Assembly (NCBI RefSeq): GCF_001194135.2
Contig: NC_068995.1
Location: 49,062,695-49,101,234 of the forward strand
Direction of reading: 5' to 3'
Length of the DNA stretch: 38,540 bases
From: Octopus bimaculoides
Taxonomy: Eukaryota
The translations under genes were made by a program, and so were the position numbers. The notes under the pieces were generated by a model. It did no database searches. It was given only the letters and a program-made list of their open reading frames with translations, and was not told where the DNA came from. Of the stretch, positions 34,077-38,540 are shown one piece after another; position 1 is the first letter of the stretch, and each line of letters begins with the position of its first letter.

Positions 34077-34339
34077 ATGTATATATATATATATATATGT
34101 TAATAGTATGTTTTTTTCTAGGTAGCGGTGATGGCGTTATCATGGCAAACCTATTTTTCCTCTGAGAAGAGGTAGGCTATATTAGTCTAACTTGTGCCTT
34201 TTGATCTGTCCGGCATGGTGGCCCCACTAGAAGCTTGCACTTTGCTGTCATAGCTCTCATTGTGACATTGAGGGACACAAGATACCACACAGTAATAAGG
34301 CCTGGGACTTTGAAGTGAAAATAAGATTTAGCTTGTACA

Positions 34340-34590
34340 ATTAAGAAAGAAAGAAAGAAAGAAAGAAAGAAATAAAGAAAGAAAGAAAGAAAGAAAGGAA
34401 GAAAAGGAAAGAAAAGAAAGAAAGAAAAAGAAGGAAGGAAAGAAAGGAAAAGAAAGAAGGAAAGAAAGAAAAAGAAAGAAAGAGAGAAATGAAGGAAAGA
34501 AAGAAGGAAAGAAAGAAAGGAAAAGAAAGAAAGAATCCTTACAAAAATGTCTAAAAAATATGAAAAGAAAAAAAAAAGCAATAGAGAGAG
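34340..34590. repeat. (AAAG/GAAAG)n purine array
   Basis: Directly visible. Confidence 0.95.
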
Positions 34591-34781
34591 AAAGCACCGG
34601 AGGTTTAACCTAGAGCGGAGAGGAAGATCTTTAAAGCAGCCTCTGACGGTTTGAAAATAATTTATTACTCACAGACCAGTGGCTTATATTTCATCATAGC
34701 CACAGAGAGTATTCTAACAAATATACTCATCGTTGTGACTGCAACTACATTGTCAGAGTATTACGAATGATGATGCATCGA

Positions 34782-34933
34782 TTACTCTTTTACTCTTTTA
34801 CATGTTTCAGTCAATTGATTGCGGCCATGCTGGAACACCACCTTTACAGTCGAGCAAATCGACCCCAGAGCTTATTCTTTGTAAGCCTAGTACTTATTCT
34901 ATCGGTCACTTTTTGCCGAACCACTAAGTTACG
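34782..34933 (-). mobile_element. SINE family A 3' part with a (AGAGTAAA)n terminal repeat
   Basis: TTACTCTTTTACTCTTTTACATGTTTCAGTCAATTGATTGCGGCCATGCTGGAACACC..GCCGAACCACTAAGTTACG. Confidence 0.9.
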
Positions 34934-35098
34934 TTAAATTCAACTTACGTTGAAAGTCAACAAACAAATTTTGCTTCAGAAACGTTGAGATGTATTGAAA
35001 GATAAAGATAAGGAAATAAGGATAATTCTAATAATATAGCATGAACAGGATAAACTATCCATTTTTTGAAGAAAAATCTGTCGGCAAAATATGGATAG

Positions 35099-35195
35099 TT
35101 TGATCAGCCCGAGGCTATAGTAGAAGACACGCAGTGTCACGCAAGTGGGACTGAACCCGGAACCATGTGGTTGGGAAGCAAACTTCTTACCACAC
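35099..35195 (-). mobile_element. SINE family A head fragment
   Basis: GCCCGAGGCTATAGTAGAAGACAC..GGGACTGAACCCGGAACCATGTGGTTGGGAAGC. Confidence 0.88.
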
Positions 35196-35556
35196 GTTGA
35201 GTGGCTATATGAGAGTCCATCCAAATAAATTGTAATCAGAGTGGTTCATAAACAAAGAAATGGTTGAGAATCACTGATACATAGCAATGAGCATGTCCCC
35301 AAACTTTGAGAATTTTGAAGATGCTTTCATCAAACATCTCGGAAAACAAAGGAAATAAAGTAATTTGTGATGGCCATTGTTTGTGTTACTAGTTAAGCCT
35401 CTTGGCTCGTCTTATCACAGATAGGCGAAATATTCATCTTGTAACAAAAACAGAAATTACGCTAAATCTCAAAGCAACATTTTAGGTCGTAATCCTTGAA
35501 ACCGATGAAAGAAAACACTGAATAGAAATCAAGTATTAAGTATTGAGCTTGTGAAG

Positions 35557-35610
35557 CTTACCAAAGCGGTAAGCCGAGAAGGTCTCTAGAAAGTGATGAA
35601 GAAAATGGGA
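35557..35610 (+). mobile_element. Short RTE-type reverse transcriptase remnant
   Basis: LTKA---VSREGL*KVMKKMG resembles the RTE motif DLTKAFDTVSREGLWKIM.K.G; flanks are too decayed to extend. Confidence 0.45.
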
Positions 35611-35749
35611 GAAGCTGATAATGTCTTAAATGCTGTTATCTAGTTTCAAAAGAGTTATAAGAGCGAGAGATGTTTCAAGCTTGGAATTACTTTATAATGT
35701 TGCCACCATTATGATGTAATTCCGAGCAATAGGACAAAGTAAGGCTTCA

Positions 35750-35903
35750 ATATAGTTTCCGCCAACCCAGTGTCACTCACAAGGTAAGCTGGGACCCGAG
35801 ACTATAGAAAATGACATTTACCCAAGATGCCAACTACTGGGATCGACCACGGGAAGACCGTCCGATAGAGATTGCGAAGTGAACATTTTAACCATTAGGC
35901 CAC
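35750..35903 (-). mobile_element. Highly degenerate SINE (family A-like) 5' half
   Basis: AGTTTCCGCC..CACTCACAAGG..CCCGAGACTATAG..CCCAAGATGCC..CTGGGATCGA..TTAACCATTAGGCCAC is collinear with the reverse complement of family A. Confidence 0.55.
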
Positions 35904-36008
35904 ATTGTCCTTGCAAATATAAGCACGTTTAATTTGTTTATGTATGTATGTGTGTGTGGACTGACGGGTGCATATGTATGTATATCTAATTATATAACAT
36001 TGTATATA

Positions 36009-36047
<39 letters not shown>

Positions 36048-37297
36048 NNNNNNNNNNNNNNNNNNNNNNNNNNNNNNNNNNNNNNNNNNNNNNNNNNNNN
36101 NNNNNNNNNNNNNNNNNNNNNNNNNNNNNNNNNNNNNNNNNNNNNNNNNNNNNNNNNNNNNNNNNNNNNNNNNNNNATGTATGTATGTATGTATGTATGT
36201 ATGTATATATATGTACGTATGAATGTATAGGGAATGCATTGCATGTCGAAAGAAGCTGACCGGAAGCTATTAGAAGTGAGCAAACAATTGAAAAGAAATA
36301 TGTCTGAATGACCGATGTAATGAGATAAAAAGAGAGGAAGACTGAAATCGAAAGAAATAGAAACAGCGAAAATAAGAAATAGATTGTATGAGGTGTTTAT
36401 TGTCCACCATACTTTTTCCAATATCCGCTCTTGCTAGGCATTTTCTGTGGTCAAGAAAAGTGCACACAGCATGAGGTGACTAGTATATGTGTGTGTGTAT
36501 GTGTGTATGCATGTATTCATATATACACATTACACACACATATATATGTATATATACATATGCATACATACATGGATATATGTAAATAATAATAATGATT
36601 AAGCAGAAAACAGATATGGCATTCAATGCTTTATAGAACATACACACGTTTCACAAGAGTGTCGTATTAATTACATATCAGCTGCAGACATATTTTGCGA
36701 CGTAGCACTTCACCTCATCAGTGTTCCGTAAAAGAATACACATACTATATTGCAAATGTATTGTGTGCGGGGTGGTGAATATATAAATATACGTGCGCGG
36801 GCACTCCAACCAAGAGCTTATCGATTAATCAGCTATCAATTCTTGTTTGTTACTGGAAGTGAGAGAAGCCGTTATGATCAGATCCTGAATATGTCTTCAT
36901 TTTATTTCGTTGACGGATAATGGGGCAATGGTCCTGTATATTACTTATCCATCTTCGACACGGCCCTTACAATATATATATACATATATATANNNNNNNN
37001 NNNNNNNNNNNNNNNNNNNNNNNNNNNNNNNNNNNNNNNNNNNNNNNNNNNNNNNNNNNNNNNNNNNNNNNNNNNNNNNNNNNNNNNNNNNNNNNNNNNN
37101 NNNNNNNNNNNNNNNNNNNNNNNNNNNNNNNNNNNNNNNNNNNNNNNNNNNNNNNNNNNNNNNNNNNNNNNNNNNNNNNNNNNNNNNNNNNNNNNNNNNN
37201 NNNNNNNNNNNNNNNNNNNNNNNNNNNNNNNNNNNNNNNNNNNNNNNNNNNNNNNNNNNNNNNNNNNNNCAAACTATTACATCTTGCTTCTGTCTTT

Positions 37298-37337
<40 letters not shown>

Positions 37338-37389
37338 TTTTTTATTTTGGAGTGGTGGTTGTACAGTTTTGAAACACAAACAGACAGAC

Positions 37390-37431
<42 letters not shown>

Positions 37432-37434
<3 letters not shown>

Positions 37435-37869
37435 TCACCACCATCAGTGTCACCACCATCGGTGTCATCATCATCAACCTCATTATCATCATCATCATCA
37501 GCATCATCATCATCAGCAGCAGCATCTCCATCACCAACTGTGACAGCAGTGGCAGTATCCCATTCATAATTCATCATCATCATAAATATCAGCATCTTCT
37601 TCATCACTACCACCACCACCACCACCACCAATACTAACAACAACAACAACAACAACAACGATACGACTACATTTACCACTAACATCACGATCATCATTAA
37701 TATATTCATCAAAATCTTCATCATTACCATCATCATCGTCATCATCGCGAAAAGCACCACCTTGTCCACTAACTTCATCATCACCACCATCATCATCACG
37801 ACCACTATCATCATCATCATCATCATTAGCATCATCATCATAAGCAACATCATCACCACCGCCAACACC

Positions 37870-37903
<34 letters not shown>

Positions 37904-38072
37904 TCACCACCACCACCACCACCACCACCACCACTTTCATCATCATCGTCCTCATCATCGTCATCCTCCTCCTCGTCGTCATCATCATCATCATTACCAC
38001 CATCATCATCGTAATCCTCTTCCTCCTCGCCATCATCATCATCATCGTCATCCTCATTTTTATCAAAGCCTT
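37432..38072. repeat. Long degenerate (CAT/CAC/CAA)n trinucleotide array
   Basis: Triplet phase is kept for about 640 bp, producing homopolymeric ORFs on both strands. Confidence 0.93.
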
Positions 38073-38159
38073 TCAAAGTCTTTCGCGTCTCTTGAGATCT
38101 GATGCAGGAGAAATTTATATTTATTTTGCTTCCAGTCGTTGAGACCTACAACACTGCAT

Positions 38160-38176
38160 ACCATAACAACAACAGC

Positions 38177-38210
<34 letters not shown>

Positions 38211-38305
38211 GTAAGAACAGCAACAACAAACACTTCAATAATAATAATAATAACAACAACAACAACAACAACAATGATGATAATAATAATAATAATAGAA
38301 CAACA
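38160..38305. repeat. (AAC/AAT)n array
   Basis: Directly visible. Confidence 0.93.
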
Positions 38306-38540
38306 ATGTATGTGTGTGTATATGTTCTCGACTGTGTGAGTATACATGTGTGTGTGTGTGTGCGTGTGTGCGTGTGTGCGTGTGTGCGTGTGTGCGTGTC
38401 TAATCTGAATACAAATAGAGTTGTAGAAAAGTTTTAAAAAACTGAAAGAATGGACGAAACAGTGTGCATTTATGTGTATTGGGGGCGGGTATTGTATGTT
38501 TATACATACACACACACACACACACATATATATACATACA

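Noticed and set aside
35239-35276. Possible 38-bp collapsed hAT MITE (GAGTGGTTCATAAAC and GGTTGAGAATCACTG)
   Set aside because: The arms match only about 10/15 and there is no TSD; only the right TIR is convincing
36690-36730. Minus-strand CTGATGAGG motif
   Set aside because: No stem II or GAAA at the required position
36945-38142. Long poly-D/G/E, poly-M/V and poly-T/I ORFs
   Set aside because: By-products of an in-phase (CAT/CAC)n array, open on both strands, with no complex flanking coding sequence
34-38527. Most ORFs in the six-frame track (IYIY, HTHT, VCVC, LSLS and X-filled)
   Set aside because: They are translations of microsatellites or run through N gaps, and show no protein-like content
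1-38540. CRISPR arrays, operons, rRNA or prokaryotic systems
   Set aside because: No regularly spaced repeat-spacer arrays, rRNA signatures or gene-dense regions; the window is eukaryotic repeat-rich DNA

Overview
Repeat-saturated eukaryotic genomic DNA from a gappy draft assembly (18 N-gaps, about 6.5 kb). The microsatellite density and tRNA-derived SINE families point to an octopus genome; this is recognition from memory, not a database result. No protein-coding host gene can be identified, and nearly all ORFs in the track are microsatellite or N-gap artefacts. The supported content is: many copies of at least four tRNA-headed SINE families (called A-D here); a dead CR1/L2-type LINE 3' fragment (14664-16245) interrupted by a SINE and a MITE; a restriction-like endonuclease fragment of an R2/R4/NeSL-group LINE; a short RTE-type RT remnant; a mariner 5' end running into a gap; hAT-type and piggyBac-type MITEs; and abundant simple repeats. 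Two observations stand out. (1) A near-canonical minimal type I hammerhead ribozyme lies on the minus strand (19527-19572), one base from consensus, bracketed by a ~24-bp inverted repeat, with a second degenerate hammerhead-like motif 132 nt downstream; this suggests a Penelope-like or retrozyme unit. (2) The LINE 3' tail matches the family A SINE tail, and its terminal hairpin is conserved in structure but not in sequence, indicating a LINE-SINE partnership. A few splice-site-bounded exon candidates and promoter-like motif clusters are listed as low-confidence leads only.
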